The notes under the pieces were generated by a model. That model searched no databases and was not told the origin of the DNA. It saw nothing but the letters and a program-made list of their open reading frames with translations. A DNA stretch of 64,000 nucleotides, from NCBI GenBank assembly GCA_038153405.1, contig JAYOYH010000004.1, positions 1 to 64,000 on the forward strand. Direction: 5' to 3'. A program made the position numbers and the translations under genes. The stretch is from Gemmatimonadota bacterium (GTDB taxonomy: Bacteria > Latescibacterota > UBA2968 > UBA8231). Positions 37,151-47,696 of the stretch are shown here, piece by piece (position 1 is the first letter of the stretch; each line of letters opens with the position of its first letter).

Positions 37151-39805
37151 CTAATTCCTCGGGCGGATATTCGGTTTGACCTCGCACGCCGGACAGGCGC
37201 GGCGCAGCTGTTCGCGTCGCACCCGCCACAGGTCGCGTGCCAGCACCAATTCGGCCGAGGCCTGGCCAACCCGACCCCGTTGCTGTATGTTGCGCCGGTC
37301 GAGCGCCGCCTCGAGCGCGTCGATGGAGACGGGACATTCTCCGCTGCGAAAGGCCAATCCGGGCACTGTACGCACGCGGCCATTAGCGTCGACAATGCGA
37401 TCCTCGTTGGCAAAGGAGTCGATGCAGCCACAGGGCACAGACAGTTCGGCTACGTGGTAGGCCGTCGACGTCCAATGCGTCGTACCCAGCGCCAGAATAT
37501 AGCCACCGCCGTGCACCAATTTGCCAATTGGGCTGCGCGCATCCCAAATGCCCACTTCCAGATGCTCGCCGCAGTAGTCGGCCGCGCGCGCGCCAACGGC
37601 CGCAACCGCATGCGTTGGATGCACGCTGCGCTCGGCCTGCGGCAAGCGCCATAGCGCGTCGGGTATGGCGCCGTTGGTCGTTGGCGTCGTCATCGGGTTG
37701 TACACAGCTGCCGCGCGATGATTAAACGAAGGCATGAGCAGCGTTCCGCTGCGCCCGACCGCGTCCAGTAGCGCGCTGACGACCGCATCCGCGCCACCCT
37801 GCACGCGTCCTATGGCGCCCAGCGAAGAATGCACCATCAGATCCATACCCTTTTTCACGCCCAATGCCCGCAGGTCTTTTACCAGACGCGCCTTGCTCAA
37901 CAAATCGCGCGGATCGAGCAATTCGACATAGCCCAGTTCGGCATGTGCGGCAAAATAGTCGATGGCTTTTGCCACATCGACCGCGCGACCGCGCGTGCGA
38001 CCGCCGCCCACGCTGGCCGTCTCTTCGCACTCGACGCGCTCGACAATTTCGGCAATACTGCGCTTGCCATCGGCCCAGAATAGCGCCCACGAAGGCAAGC
38101 CCGCTCGGCCAATGCGCTGGCCAATCTCGCGCGGCGCATTTTCAGGGGTGGGCGAAAGGAGCGCCGTGCGCCGCGGTATATGGCCCGCCCCTGTCGGCAG
38201 CGCTCCCTTTCTTTTGACGGCGCGCACTGTGCCGCACAGTTCCGCCACCTCGCGCTCGGCATCGTCCAACTCAGACAGTATGGCGCGGCGATCGCCGCCC
38301 CATAGAAACCGCCGCAGGCGCGCATTGCCCTCGCGATGCACGTCGCGCAGGTAGTCAGCCTCTTTGCGCGAGGGCGCTCGTCCAACTAGCTGCACGGCGT
38401 GTGCCCGCTCCATGCGGCCTACTTCGAGCACTTCGCGGCTGCCCATATTGGCTAGGTAATAGAGGTACGCCGCCATAGACGCCGCACACGTTTCCAAGCC
38501 CTTAGCACTGAGCAACGCGAGCTGGTCGGCCGACGAATGATAGGCATCAAAACCGCTGCCAGAGCGCTTGTGATGCGTCGTAATCCAGGGACAGGGAAAG
38601 CCGTACTGGGGATCGCCGATCAGCGTATCGGAGGTCGAGACAAACGGCTCCAAGTGCAGTGCATAACCGGGCTTATGACGGCGCAGGGCAGCGCGCAGCA
38701 CGGAGGCGCCGATGCGGTCGACGAACGAGGCCGACATGGGGATGGTCGAGTGCCACTCCAAGCGCCCACCGCAGTGCGTCGGCTTGAGACCCAACGTATC
38801 AATACAAACGCCAGCCAGCGGCGTTTGCAGGCGGCGCGTTCGCTCCAGATAGCCAAAAAAGCCGTAGCACTCGTAGGCATTTAGCAGGCGTATGCTGCGC
38901 CGCGGTCTGGCCAACTGACCGCTGGCAATCAGCTGTTCTAGCACGTGGGCAATCTCCAACGTGAGCGCAACGCCCGAAGCGTTATCGGTCGCACCGGGTT
39001 CGGCGCTATGGGCAATTGCCCACACTTCATCCTGCGGATCATCGGCGCCGCGCACGATGCCACTTACGACGTCGTGGTGACCGACATACTTGCGGATATC
39101 CGCTTTGAGCAGGAGCTGCAGCGAACCAAATTTCTGCAGCTTCTTTCGCAGCGCTTCGCCCTGGTGCTGCGAAAGGACAAAACCGACGAGGCGGGCGGTA
39201 GCATGCCCCATTGGAATCGCGCCCCAACCAAATTTGGTCCACGCCAACGCGCGCGGATAGTTCGGCACTGGTCGATCGCCAATGACGCCGATGGCACCCC
39301 GATCGGCCAGCAGTTCCATAAGCGCGCGCGGATCGCCGTTGGTCAGGACGATTTTGTTGCGCAGCCGACCCGCCGGCATGCGCTCTATAGCCTCGCGCGT
39401 GTCCAGTACAACGAGCTCTGCGCGCAGGCCACCGGCTGGCGTAGCCGCACTCCACTGCACGACGTGCCAAGGATTCTCAGCGTAATCTAGAACGCGCTCT
39501 TTGAAGGGATGCACTACGTCGACCGTCGCGCTGCGCACATCAGCGGCTTCTTGAATAATCCACCGTCCGCTGCCGATCTGTCCTCCCGTCTGCAGGGCTT
39601 CCACTTCGGCGATGGCGCCCGCCTCCCTGTAGTAGCGCACGAGCTTTTCCGTAGTGCGGTGAAAGTGATCAAAAGAGTTCCAGCGATCGCTTTCCACAAT
39701 GTCGGCAACGCGCGCCAGCATGCGCTTGCCGCTGCTTTGGCGCAGCATTAGGGGCAGGCTCGTTCGGCATAGCGCGCTCAGCGATAGAGGCGTGGGGATA
39801 GCCAT
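37151..39805 (-). CDS. Fusion of an M28/DUF4910-like aminopeptidase fold with a C-terminal AAC(3)-family N-acetyltransferase domain
   Basis: AH..EPGATDNASG, E.YG, CID..G, SD, YHSSAD; then MVHSSL, TLLMPSF, RS.HPTH.VAA.G, SP.GKL, T.YHVAE. AGGAG RBS. Confidence 0.8.
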   Translation of the reverse strand: MAIPTPLSLSALCRTSLPLMLRQSSGKRMLARVADIVESDRWNSFDHFHRTTEKLVRYYREAGAIAEVEALQTGGQIGSGRWIIQEAADVRSATVDVVHPFKERVLDYAENPWHVVQWSAATPAGGLRAELVVLDTREAIERMPAGRLRNKIVLTNGDPRALMELLADRGAIGVIGDRPVPNYPRALAWTKFGWGAIPMGHATARLVGFVLSQHQGEALRKKLQKFGSLQLLLKADIRKYVGHHDVVSGIVRGADDPQDEVWAIAHSAEPGATDNASGVALTLEIAHVLEQLIASGQLARPRRSIRLLNAYECYGFFGYLERTRRLQTPLAGVCIDTLGLKPTHCGGRLEWHSTIPMSASFVDRIGASVLRAALRRHKPGYALHLEPFVSTSDTLIGDPQYGFPCPWITTHHKRSGSGFDAYHSSADQLALLSAKGLETCAASMAAYLYYLANMGSREVLEVGRMERAHAVQLVGRAPSRKEADYLRDVHREGNARLRRFLWGGDRRAILSELDDAEREVAELCGTVRAVKRKGALPTGAGHIPRRTALLSPTPENAPREIGQRIGRAGLPSWALFWADGKRSIAEIVERVECEETASVGGGRTRGRAVDVAKAIDYFAAHAELGYVELLDPRDLLSKARLVKDLRALGVKKGMDLMVHSSLGAIGRVQGGADAVVSALLDAVGRSGTLLMPSFNHRAAAVYNPMTTPTTNGAIPDALWRLPQAERSVHPTHAVAAVGARAADYCGEHLEVGIWDARSPIGKLVHGGGYILALGTTHWTSTAYHVAELSVPCGCIDSFANEDRIVDANGRVRTVPGLAFRSGECPVSIDALEAALDRRNIQQRGRVGQASAELVLARDLWRVRREQLRRACPACEVKPNIRPRN

Positions 39806-39908
39806 ATACACTCTCCTATTTAGCCAATCTATATGTGATTAATACGGTCCGCGTACTGTTCTCCATCTAAGCTAGGCCATCGGTTCAGCGGCAACATACA
39901 CACCTCTT

Positions 39909-41810
39909 TCAAGCCGTCAGGGTCTCTTCTTCCAGCGCGTTGGCCAAGGCCTCCCACTCCTGCCACAGGGCCTGCGAAGCGGCCTCCAATTCGGCGTACT
40001 GGTCTCCAAGCGTCCGCACCATATCCAAGTCTTGTTCCTCACCGGCCTTGCCGATGCGCACGCTCAGGGTCTCCATGCGCTCCTCAAGACTGGCGATCTC
40101 CTCCTCTACCGCGCGCTGGCGTTCTTCCATCTTCTCGCGCTGTTTGCGTTCGCGCCGCGCCTCGCGCTGCGCTTCGCGATGGTCCTGGCGCGTAGTCCCT
40201 GCAGCGATGGCAGCGGCTTCCTGGCGCGCGCTGCGCCAGGCCATATACTCGTGCCAACCCCCTTCCAATACGTGCAGCATGCCCTCTTCAATAGCCCATA
40301 CGTGGGTGGCCAGCGCCTGCACCAGATAGCGGTCGTGGCTGACTAGGAGAAAGGTGCCATCAAAGTGGTGCAGCACATCTTCCAAGACCTCCTGCGAAGC
40401 GATATCGAGGTGATTGGTCGGCTCGTCGAGGATCAGTACGTTGACTTCCAGCATGGCCAAGCGCGCCAGCGCAACGCGACTGCGCTGTCCACCGCTCAGT
40501 TCGCCGATGCACTTGAAAACGTCGTCTCCTTTAAATAGGAAACTGCCCAGCAGCGAGCGCACCTGTTCGGAGGGCACCTGCGGCTTAACTTGGCGCACGG
40601 CACCGAGCACATCCTGCAGGGGATCTAAGTAGTCATGCGCCTGCGACAGGTAGCCGAGTTCGACATTGGCGCCGTTTTTGATTTCGCCTTCCAGCACGGC
40701 GAGTTCGCCGAGAATACTGCGCACCAGCGTCGTCTTACCAGCACCGTTGGGACCGACGATGGCCACGCGCATGCCGCGCCGCAGTTCCATATCGGAAACC
40801 CGCACCAACGGCTGGTCATATCCCACGCCGACGCCGGAAAAGCTCAGCACAATATCACCGCTGCGCTTGGGCGGATTTAGCCGCACGCGGATTTGCTGGG
40901 CGCGCTGCGGCTTTTCAATGGCCTCGTCGCGCAAAAAGCGCTGCAGTCGCGTCCGACGCCCCTGCGCTTCCTTGGTGCGCTGACCGGCGATATGGCGGCG
41001 AATAAAATCTTCCGTCTTCTCGATGTGTTCGCGCTGCTCACTCCACTGCTTGAGTCGAAAGACATAGCGCTCTTCGCGCTGACGAACGTAGTGGCTGTAG
41101 TGGCCGCGGTATGTCTCGAGGACACCAAAGGCCATCTCCCACGTGCGCTCGGTAGTCGCATCGAGGAAATAGCGATCGTGTGAGACGACGACCAGAGCTC
41201 CCTTGAACATCTGTAAAAAACTTTCCAACCATTCGACGGCATATACGTCGAGGTGGTTGGTCGGCTCGTCGAGTAGTAACAGGTCCGGCGCATCGAGCAG
41301 CAGGCGCGCCAGCAGCGAGCGCGTCTTCTGCCCACCGCTTAGCTGATCCAAAGGCTGGGCATACTCGTCCTCTGCAAAACCCAATCCGCTAAGCACCGTG
41401 CGAATACGCGTTTCATAGGTGTAGCCCTCGCGTCGCTCGAACTCCACCTGCAGCGCGCTGTACTGCTCGAGCACTGCCCCATCGCCTAGGTCGGCAGAGA
41501 GGGCATTGAGTTCGGCCTCCATCTGGCGCACATCGGCAAAGACATCGAGCATGGAGTCCCACAGCGTCTTGTCGGTTGACGCCGGCGGATCCTGAGGCAA
41601 ATAGCCCACGCGCAAGCCGCTCTTGTAGTGTATCGCACCCACTGTTGGCTCGTCGACGCCGGCCAGCAGGCGCAGCAGCGTCGTTTTGCCCTCGCCGTTG
41701 GGACCGACTAGGCCAATTCGGTCGCCGTGCTCTATGCTGAACCGCACATTCTTAAACACGTCGAAGTCGCCGTAGGATCGCCCGACGTTTGTACCCGTTA
41801 CAATGGACAT
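39909..41810 (-). CDS. ABC-F family ATPase (YheS/Uup-like)
   Basis: Two NBDs (GPNGEGKT, LSGGQ, LDEPTNHLD; GPNGAGKT, LSGGQ, LDEPTNHLD), no TM segments, coiled-coil tail. Confidence 0.93.
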   Translation of the reverse strand: MSIVTGTNVGRSYGDFDVFKNVRFSIEHGDRIGLVGPNGEGKTTLLRLLAGVDEPTVGAIHYKSGLRVGYLPQDPPASTDKTLWDSMLDVFADVRQMEAELNALSADLGDGAVLEQYSALQVEFERREGYTYETRIRTVLSGLGFAEDEYAQPLDQLSGGQKTRSLLARLLLDAPDLLLLDEPTNHLDVYAVEWLESFLQMFKGALVVVSHDRYFLDATTERTWEMAFGVLETYRGHYSHYVRQREERYVFRLKQWSEQREHIEKTEDFIRRHIAGQRTKEAQGRRTRLQRFLRDEAIEKPQRAQQIRVRLNPPKRSGDIVLSFSGVGVGYDQPLVRVSDMELRRGMRVAIVGPNGAGKTTLVRSILGELAVLEGEIKNGANVELGYLSQAHDYLDPLQDVLGAVRQVKPQVPSEQVRSLLGSFLFKGDDVFKCIGELSGGQRSRVALARLAMLEVNVLILDEPTNHLDIASQEVLEDVLHHFDGTFLLVSHDRYLVQALATHVWAIEEGMLHVLEGGWHEYMAWRSARQEAAAIAAGTTRQDHREAQREARRERKQREKMEERQRAVEEEIASLEERMETLSVRIGKAGEEQDLDMVRTLGDQYAELEAASQALWQEWEALANALEEETLTA

Positions 41811-41980
41811 CTCGCTCGCATCCGTTTTGCCCACTAAAAAAGGGGGCGAAAGGCAAAATGACAACTGCAGCGCGCGGACCACGCCGAACCGACGCGCTAT
41901 CGACGCCGAGCGCAGCTTGCCGAAGGCCCTTGCAGCGACGTTACTTTTACAGCGCACTGCCGTACCGCTATCCCTCATAG

Positions 41981-43336
41981 ATGCAAAGCATAGGCATGCC
42001 CTACGTCGATCTCGACATCGCCGCACTTGTGCGGCCACATAGTGCATCCATCCACACGCGCCACTTCTGCGTTGCTCAGGGTGCCCTGGCACGCGCCAGT
42101 GACGTTCTTCGCGCCGCGCTACCGGCCGGGCGCTGGCACCTAGTAGCCGACGCAACGACCTGGGCGCTGGCCGGACCGGCGCTCTCAGCCCAGTTGCGCA
42201 ACGCCGGCATCTCTCATGTCCTGCACGTAATGGACGACGCGCGGCCCGCGCCGACGATGGAAGCCGTCGAAGCCCTGCACGCCGCTCTCGATGGATCGAC
42301 CGCCGCCCTCGCGCTGGGCGCCGGCACGATCAACGACCTAGTCAAAATGGCTGCCCACCGCGCCGGCATCCCCTATGCCGCCGTGGCGACGGCTCCGTCG
42401 ATGAACGGCTATACCTCGGCCATAGCCGCACTGCTCGAAGACGGGGTCAAAACCACTCGGCCCTGCACGCCGCCCATCGCCGTAGTAGCCGATATCGACC
42501 TGCTGGCCGCCGCGCCCTACCGCATGATCGCCGCAGGCTTTGGCGACCTGATTTCCAAACCCGTTAGCCAGGCCGACTGGCTGCTAGCCCACCACCTGAC
42601 TGACGCGCCCTACTCCGCGCAAGCCGCTCAGCTCATCGATGCCAGCGCAGCACTACTCGACGGCATGGCAACCCAACTGCCCCAACGCGCGCCCGAAGCC
42701 GTCGGCCGGCTCGTCGGCAGCCTGCTGCTCTCCGGTCTGTCCATGGCCGTGGCCGGCTCGTCGGCCCCATCCAGCGGCGGCGAGCACCTCATCAGCCACT
42801 ACTTCGACATGACCCACTACGCCTTTGGCCAGCCCAACGACCTGCACGGCTGTCAGGTCGGCGTGGCCACTGCGACAACGGCGGCGCTCTACGAAAAGCT
42901 GCTCGCGCTCGACCCGGCGCACATCGACCGGACGGCGCGCACCGCGGCACTCCTGCCTTGGGCGATCTATCGGCGCACAGTAGAAACGCACTTCGCACAG
43001 TTGGCACCCGCTGTCTTGCCCCATGCCGAGCAGGGCTACCCCAGTCGCTCAGAGCTAAATGAGCGGCTACAGCGCCTGCAGGCGCACTGGTCGGAGATCG
43101 TCGCTGCGCTCGCTGCGACCCTGCGCCCTGCCGCCGACATCATTGCCGACCTCACTGCCGCTGGCGCCCCTACCACGTTTGCCGAACTGGGCGTACTCCC
43201 CCAGCGCGTGCGCTGTGCCCTGCTGCACGGCAAGGACATTCGCGCCCGCTACACTATCCTGCATTTGCTGAGCGAGTTGGGCGTGCTGGAAGACTGGTCG
43301 GATAGCGCGCTGGAGGAACGCGCGCTGTTATACTGA
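41981..43336 (+). CDS. sn-Glycerol-1-phosphate dehydrogenase (AraM/EgsA-like)
   Basis: GAGTINDL.K, TAPSMNGYTS, AGFGDL.SK, PSSGGEHLISH..D, LHG.QVG. Confidence 0.85.
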   Translation: MQSIGMPYVDLDIAALVRPHSASIHTRHFCVAQGALARASDVLRAALPAGRWHLVADATTWALAGPALSAQLRNAGISHVLHVMDDARPAPTMEAVEALHAALDGSTAALALGAGTINDLVKMAAHRAGIPYAAVATAPSMNGYTSAIAALLEDGVKTTRPCTPPIAVVADIDLLAAAPYRMIAAGFGDLISKPVSQADWLLAHHLTDAPYSAQAAQLIDASAALLDGMATQLPQRAPEAVGRLVGSLLLSGLSMAVAGSSAPSSGGEHLISHYFDMTHYAFGQPNDLHGCQVGVATATTAALYEKLLALDPAHIDRTARTAALLPWAIYRRTVETHFAQLAPAVLPHAEQGYPSRSELNERLQRLQAHWSEIVAALAATLRPAADIIADLTAAGAPTTFAELGVLPQRVRCALLHGKDIRARYTILHLLSELGVLEDWSDSALEERALLY

Positions 43337-43374
43337 CTTTCACGCGCACAGCATATTCATATAAACAAGGGACC

Positions 43375-44598
43375 CTATTTGCGCGGCGGCGTCGCCCACA
43401 GCGCCAGTAGCGCCAGGGGCACGCACAGGCCGGCGCAGCACCACAGCACCTGAGCAAAAGAGCCGAATAGATCGTATCCAACTCCCATCAAGAAGGGGCC
43501 CAAACCCGAGGCCGCCACGCCAATCGTCGATACCAGCCCGCGGATTCTTCCCAAATGAGCCCGGCCGTAATAGCGCACCCAAATCGTCTCGCTAACCGCC
43601 ATGAGTAAACCGCTGCCAAGGGCAAAGACCACGGCATATACATAGGGCAGCAGCGGCGCAGGCGCAGCAACGAGGAAGGCCAACCCCACGCCTTGAAAGA
43701 CCATCGACAAAGCGGTCAATCCGTTCAGCGGCACCTTGTCGGCCAGCGCGCCTCCAACTAGGCGCGCGCAGGCAATCACCGCGGCGTAGAGCGAAAACAT
43801 CACCGCGACCGGGCCGGCGCCCAGCCCGCGTTCGGCAAAGATCGATACGACGTGGAACTGCGCCCCCGTGCCGCTCATCGACCAGGACGCCATACAAACC
43901 ACGGCAATCCAGTAGCTGCGCGAACGCAGCACTTGATCCATCGTAAACGAACGCTCAACTACCGTTGCTACAACGGATTCTCTGTTCTCTTTTCCTCCGT
44001 CGAGCTCTTGCCCCATATCTTGCGGGTGATCGCGGAATACAAAAAATAACAGGGGCAATATGAGCGCCCATATGCCCACCCCAAATGCCGTGTAGGCACC
44101 GCGCCATCCGTAGGCATCGATCAGAGCAAAACCCAGCGCCGGTACCACACCGACGGCAGCGGCCATGCCAATATTTGATAGGCCGCTGACAAAACCCAGT
44201 CGGCGTTCAAACCACATGGCCAGCGCGTTACGCGCCAGCATGCTCATGGCCCCTTGGCCGAGAAATCGCAAAAAGAAAAAGGCGACGAAAAGCGATGCCA
44301 ACCCCGACACGTAGCGCATGCCGATGCAGGTCGCCCCAAAGAGCAACACAACGCCGATCAACACCCTGCGCGGACCGTGGCGATCCATCAGCGCGCCAAC
44401 CCAGAACAGCGGCAGCGAAGCGAGCATGGTGCCCACCATATAAGCCCCGCTAAGCTCTGAACTAGACAGACCCAGCGCCTCTTGTATATAGGGATTAAAA
44501 ACGGAAATGCCGAACGTCTGACCCGGTGACGTGCAGATCGATACGAGCATGACGGCCGGCACCATGATCCAGCCATAGAAGAAGGGCAGGCGGCTCAT
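43375..44598 (-). CDS. MFS transporter
   Basis: FFYGW, G.LMDRHGPR, WFERRLG, G.LADK, RYYGR.HLG.I.G. Confidence 0.9.
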   Translation of the reverse strand: MSRLPFFYGWIMVPAVMLVSICTSPGQTFGISVFNPYIQEALGLSSSELSGAYMVGTMLASLPLFWVGALMDRHGPRRVLIGVVLLFGATCIGMRYVSGLASLFVAFFFLRFLGQGAMSMLARNALAMWFERRLGFVSGLSNIGMAAAVGVVPALGFALIDAYGWRGAYTAFGVGIWALILPLLFFVFRDHPQDMGQELDGGKENRESVVATVVERSFTMDQVLRSRSYWIAVVCMASWSMSGTGAQFHVVSIFAERGLGAGPVAVMFSLYAAVIACARLVGGALADKVPLNGLTALSMVFQGVGLAFLVAAPAPLLPYVYAVVFALGSGLLMAVSETIWVRYYGRAHLGRIRGLVSTIGVAASGLGPFLMGVGYDLFGSFAQVLWCCAGLCVPLALLALWATPPRK

Positions 44599-44639
44599 GC
44601 AAGCACCTGCCCTCGTCCGATATGCGCGTCCCCCCCCAC

Positions 44640-45455
44640 TTAACCCTTGATCGCTCCCGATGTCAGACCGCTGATAAACTCCTTTTGCAGGAAGAAAAAT
44701 AGCAGCACGACGGGCAGTACGGCAAGGAGCGTGCCAGCCATCATCGCCCCGTATTCCTGTGCATAGAGACCAACCATCTGGTTGAGTCCAATCGGAAGGG
44801 TGAAGCGCTCTTGGCTGTGTAGAACAATCTGCGGCCACAGGAAATTATTCCACGATCCCATAAAGGCGATCAGACAAAAGGCGCCGATCATCGGGCGCTG
44901 CACCGGCAGTACGACGTCCCAATAGAGACGCAGTTCGGTGCAGCCGTCCATGCGGCCGGCCTGTAGCAAGTCGTCGGGCAGATCGAGCATGGACTGGCGA
45001 AAGAGGAACATGCCGAAGACGCTCACCGCCCCGGGAACGATCAGCCCAACGTACGAATCGACCAGCCCCATGGCGTAAATGAGCTCGTACATCGGCGCCA
45101 GCATCACCTGTGCCGGTATCATCATCGTCGTCAGCATAAGCACCATGATAACGCGCTTGCCCACGAACTCGTACTTGGCCAGTGCAAAGCCGCCCAGCGA
45201 CGAAAAAAACAGCTGCACCAGCACCGTCGCGCCGGAGACAAAGAGGCTATTTATCATAAAGCGCACATAGGGGATTTGCTCGAATAGCTGGCGAAAATTG
45301 TAGAGCGAAAAGCGCGAAAGCGGAGCAAAGAATAAGTAGTGGAAGAGGTCGTCTGGCCCCTTGACGGCGGCGGCGACCAGCCACGCCATGGGCGTCAGCA
45401 TAACGACCGCGCACAGCATCAGCATCGCGTAGAGGGAGGTGCGCTGCCAACCCAT
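44640..45455 (-). CDS. Carbohydrate ABC permease (MalG-like)
   Basis: NSL, LP.DL..AGRMDG, WNNFLWP, FISGLTSGAIKG. Confidence 0.93.
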   Translation of the reverse strand: MGWQRTSLYAMLMLCAVVMLTPMAWLVAAAVKGPDDLFHYLFFAPLSRFSLYNFRQLFEQIPYVRFMINSLFVSGATVLVQLFFSSLGGFALAKYEFVGKRVIMVLMLTTMMIPAQVMLAPMYELIYAMGLVDSYVGLIVPGAVSVFGMFLFRQSMLDLPDDLLQAGRMDGCTELRLYWDVVLPVQRPMIGAFCLIAFMGSWNNFLWPQIVLHSQERFTLPIGLNQMVGLYAQEYGAMMAGTLLAVLPVVLLFFFLQKEFISGLTSGAIKG

Positions 45456-45456
45456 A

Positions 45457-46356
45457 TTACGACTCCTTCTTCCAGGTGCCGGTTAGGCGCATCTGCGCCA
45501 GCGAAATGACCAGCACGCCCATCGTCAGCGTCCAGCCAATAGCCGAGGCATAGCCCAGATCGCCGGCGATAAACCCATTTTGGAATAGATACATCACCAC
45601 CGTCAGCCCGGCGTTATCGGGACCGGCCGTATTGCCCAGCATCACGTAGGGCAGCTCAAATAGCTGGAACGATCCGATGGTGCTGAGCACCGTGACGAAT
45701 ACGGCCACCGAGCGAATGCCGGGCAACGTGACGTGCACGAACTGCTTAAAGGCCCCCGCCCCATCGACCTGAGCCGCCTCGTAGAGCTCCTTATCAACCG
45801 CCTGTAGCGCCGCGAGAAAGTAGATCATGTTGAAGCCGACGTACATCCACAGCGAGGTAAGCACGAGCGCTGGCATAACGAGTTCGGGACTGCCCAACCA
45901 CTTGGTGTCGATAGCCGTTCCCACCAGCGCATGCAGCACGCGATTGAGCAGGCCGAACTTAGGAATAAACACGACCGAAAAGAGCACGGCGACAAAGACC
46001 TGGCCGACCAAATGGGGCGAAAAAAAACTAAAGCGAAAAAAGTCGCGGCCCTTCACCAGGCGGCTGTTGAGCAACAGGGCCAATCCCAAGCTGAGCGGCA
46101 GTTGCAAAAAGACCGAGCACAGCGCATACACGCAGGTATTTTTTACCGCTTTGTGAAAAGCCGGATCGCCCCAGAGAAAGCGGAAGTTGTCCCAGCCGAC
46201 AAATACCTGCGACTTGGGCCCGTTGGTAATGTAAAACGACAGCAGTATGCTCTTGACAATGGGGTAGAGCGTAAAGGTCAGGAAGAGCACGACGAAGGGC
46301 GCCACGAAGAGGTAGGGCGCATAGCGGTGCTGCAGGCGAAAAAAGAGGGTATTCAA
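45457..46356 (-). CDS. Carbohydrate ABC permease (MalF-like)
   Basis: YLFVAP, FVG.DNF, LYEAAQVDGA, GYASA. Confidence 0.93.
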   Translation of the reverse strand: MNTLFFRLQHRYAPYLFVAPFVVLFLTFTLYPIVKSILLSFYITNGPKSQVFVGWDNFRFLWGDPAFHKAVKNTCVYALCSVFLQLPLSLGLALLLNSRLVKGRDFFRFSFFSPHLVGQVFVAVLFSVVFIPKFGLLNRVLHALVGTAIDTKWLGSPELVMPALVLTSLWMYVGFNMIYFLAALQAVDKELYEAAQVDGAGAFKQFVHVTLPGIRSVAVFVTVLSTIGSFQLFELPYVMLGNTAGPDNAGLTVVMYLFQNGFIAGDLGYASAIGWTLTMGVLVISLAQMRLTGTWKKES

Positions 46357-47696
46357 TAGGGATTTCTCCCGATGTAGCGGCGCACTTCTTCGGCGGCACT
46401 GCGCAGGCGCTGGCGCGCAAAGTCCTCAAAGCCGACCTCGCCGTGCTGGCGGTAGTAGGCGGCACAGGAGGAAATGACGCCAGCCATTTTGCTCTTGGCC
46501 GTCTCGATAAACGGACTGGCGTACTGCGGCGGCACATCATCGGCCAAATCGGCGTAGATTCGACCCAGCTTCTGCCCAGACCAGTAGGGCCGCGGCTCGT
46601 CAAAAGCCGGATGCTCCCAGGCATCTTTGAGCGGCGGCAATATATTGGTTTCGCGAAAGCGCTCGGCCAGTTCGGCCTTGTCAAAGTACATGTGCTCGGC
46701 CACCTGCCAGGCCAGTTCGGGGTCGGGACACGCCTTGGTAATGCCCAACATAGTGCCGCCCCACGTGCTGGTCCGTCGCCCACCTACCTCTACCGCGGGC
46801 AGCGCCATCAGCGCCATCTTGCCCCCCATCCGCGGGATGTCGGTCTCGGTGCCTTTGCTGCGCCAGTCCGGACAGATAAAGGAGAGAAAATAGCCGCTCT
46901 CTACGGCCTGCGTAAACAGGCGGCTCGAGCCCAAATCAGAGCCGATGCGCTCGGGCCCGGCGACGAGCGGGATAAAGAACAGCAGGGTTTCCAACGCCAC
47001 TTCGTCGTCCATGATCAGTTGGCCATCTGCATTGAAATAGCCCCCGTCGCGCTGGAAGAGAAACATCTCGAAATGTCCGGCGTTATTATCCGATAGCTCG
47101 ATCATATAGCGCTCACCCGGCACGCTAACCTGGCGGCCAATGCGCACGAAATCCTCCCACGTTTCTATCTGATCTACGTCGATGCCCAACGCCTCGAACA
47201 AGTCGCGGCGATAGGCCAGCACCACCGGGTGCACGTCGTGCGGCAGCCCGTAGATTCGCCCGCGGCTGCGATAGGGAGCAAAGCGCGTTTGCACAATGCG
47301 CTCGTAATAGCCCGTGCGCTGCAAGATGGGCATCAGATCGATAAAGCCAACGTCGTCGATTGGACCGCGAAAAAAGGATCCGGCGCGGCTGATCTCCACT
47401 TCGACCAAATCGGGCACGTCGAGATCGGCCCAGAACGCGGCGCGCAGACGGCTGTTTACCGCATCGCCGTGCACCAGCTGCACCTCCAACTCGACGCCTG
47501 GATGCTTGGCTTCAAACGAGGGTATGGCCTTCTGATAGGGCGTGGCGTGATTGCTGGCAAAGGTCCACAGACGCAGCGTCGCCGTCGACTTTTCAACGGG
47601 ATGGACCAGCAGATACAGTCCGGCGAGCACCGTGACAACTAGGATGAGCGTCGGCGCCTTGCCGAAGGGCAACCCGTGCGCAAATAGGCGGGGCAT
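46353..47696 (-). CDS. Carbohydrate ABC substrate-binding protein with N-terminal TM anchor
   Basis: FEAKHPGV, VPDL, IYGLP.D, YRRDLF, TWEDF, WGGT. AAGGAG RBS. Confidence 0.88.
   Translation of the reverse strand: MPRLFAHGLPFGKAPTLILVVTVLAGLYLLVHPVEKSTATLRLWTFASNHATPYQKAIPSFEAKHPGVELEVQLVHGDAVNSRLRAAFWADLDVPDLVEVEISRAGSFFRGPIDDVGFIDLMPILQRTGYYERIVQTRFAPYRSRGRIYGLPHDVHPVVLAYRRDLFEALGIDVDQIETWEDFVRIGRQVSVPGERYMIELSDNNAGHFEMFLFQRDGGYFNADGQLIMDDEVALETLLFFIPLVAGPERIGSDLGSSRLFTQAVESGYFLSFICPDWRSKGTETDIPRMGGKMALMALPAVEVGGRRTSTWGGTMLGITKACPDPELAWQVAEHMYFDKAELAERFRETNILPPLKDAWEHPAFDEPRPYWSGQKLGRIYADLADDVPPQYASPFIETAKSKMAGVISSCAAYYRQHGEVGFEDFARQRLRSAAEEVRRYIGRNPY

Noticed and set aside
37151..37900. 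Aminoglycoside resistance gene
   Set aside because: The AAC(3) domain is fused to a peptidase fold in a non-mobile context; family membership alone does not show resistance.
41825..41858. Alternative hairpins upstream of the ABC-F gene, suggesting a resistance-type attenuator
   Set aside because: No leader peptide or terminator tail, and the protein looks like a housekeeping YheS/Uup type.
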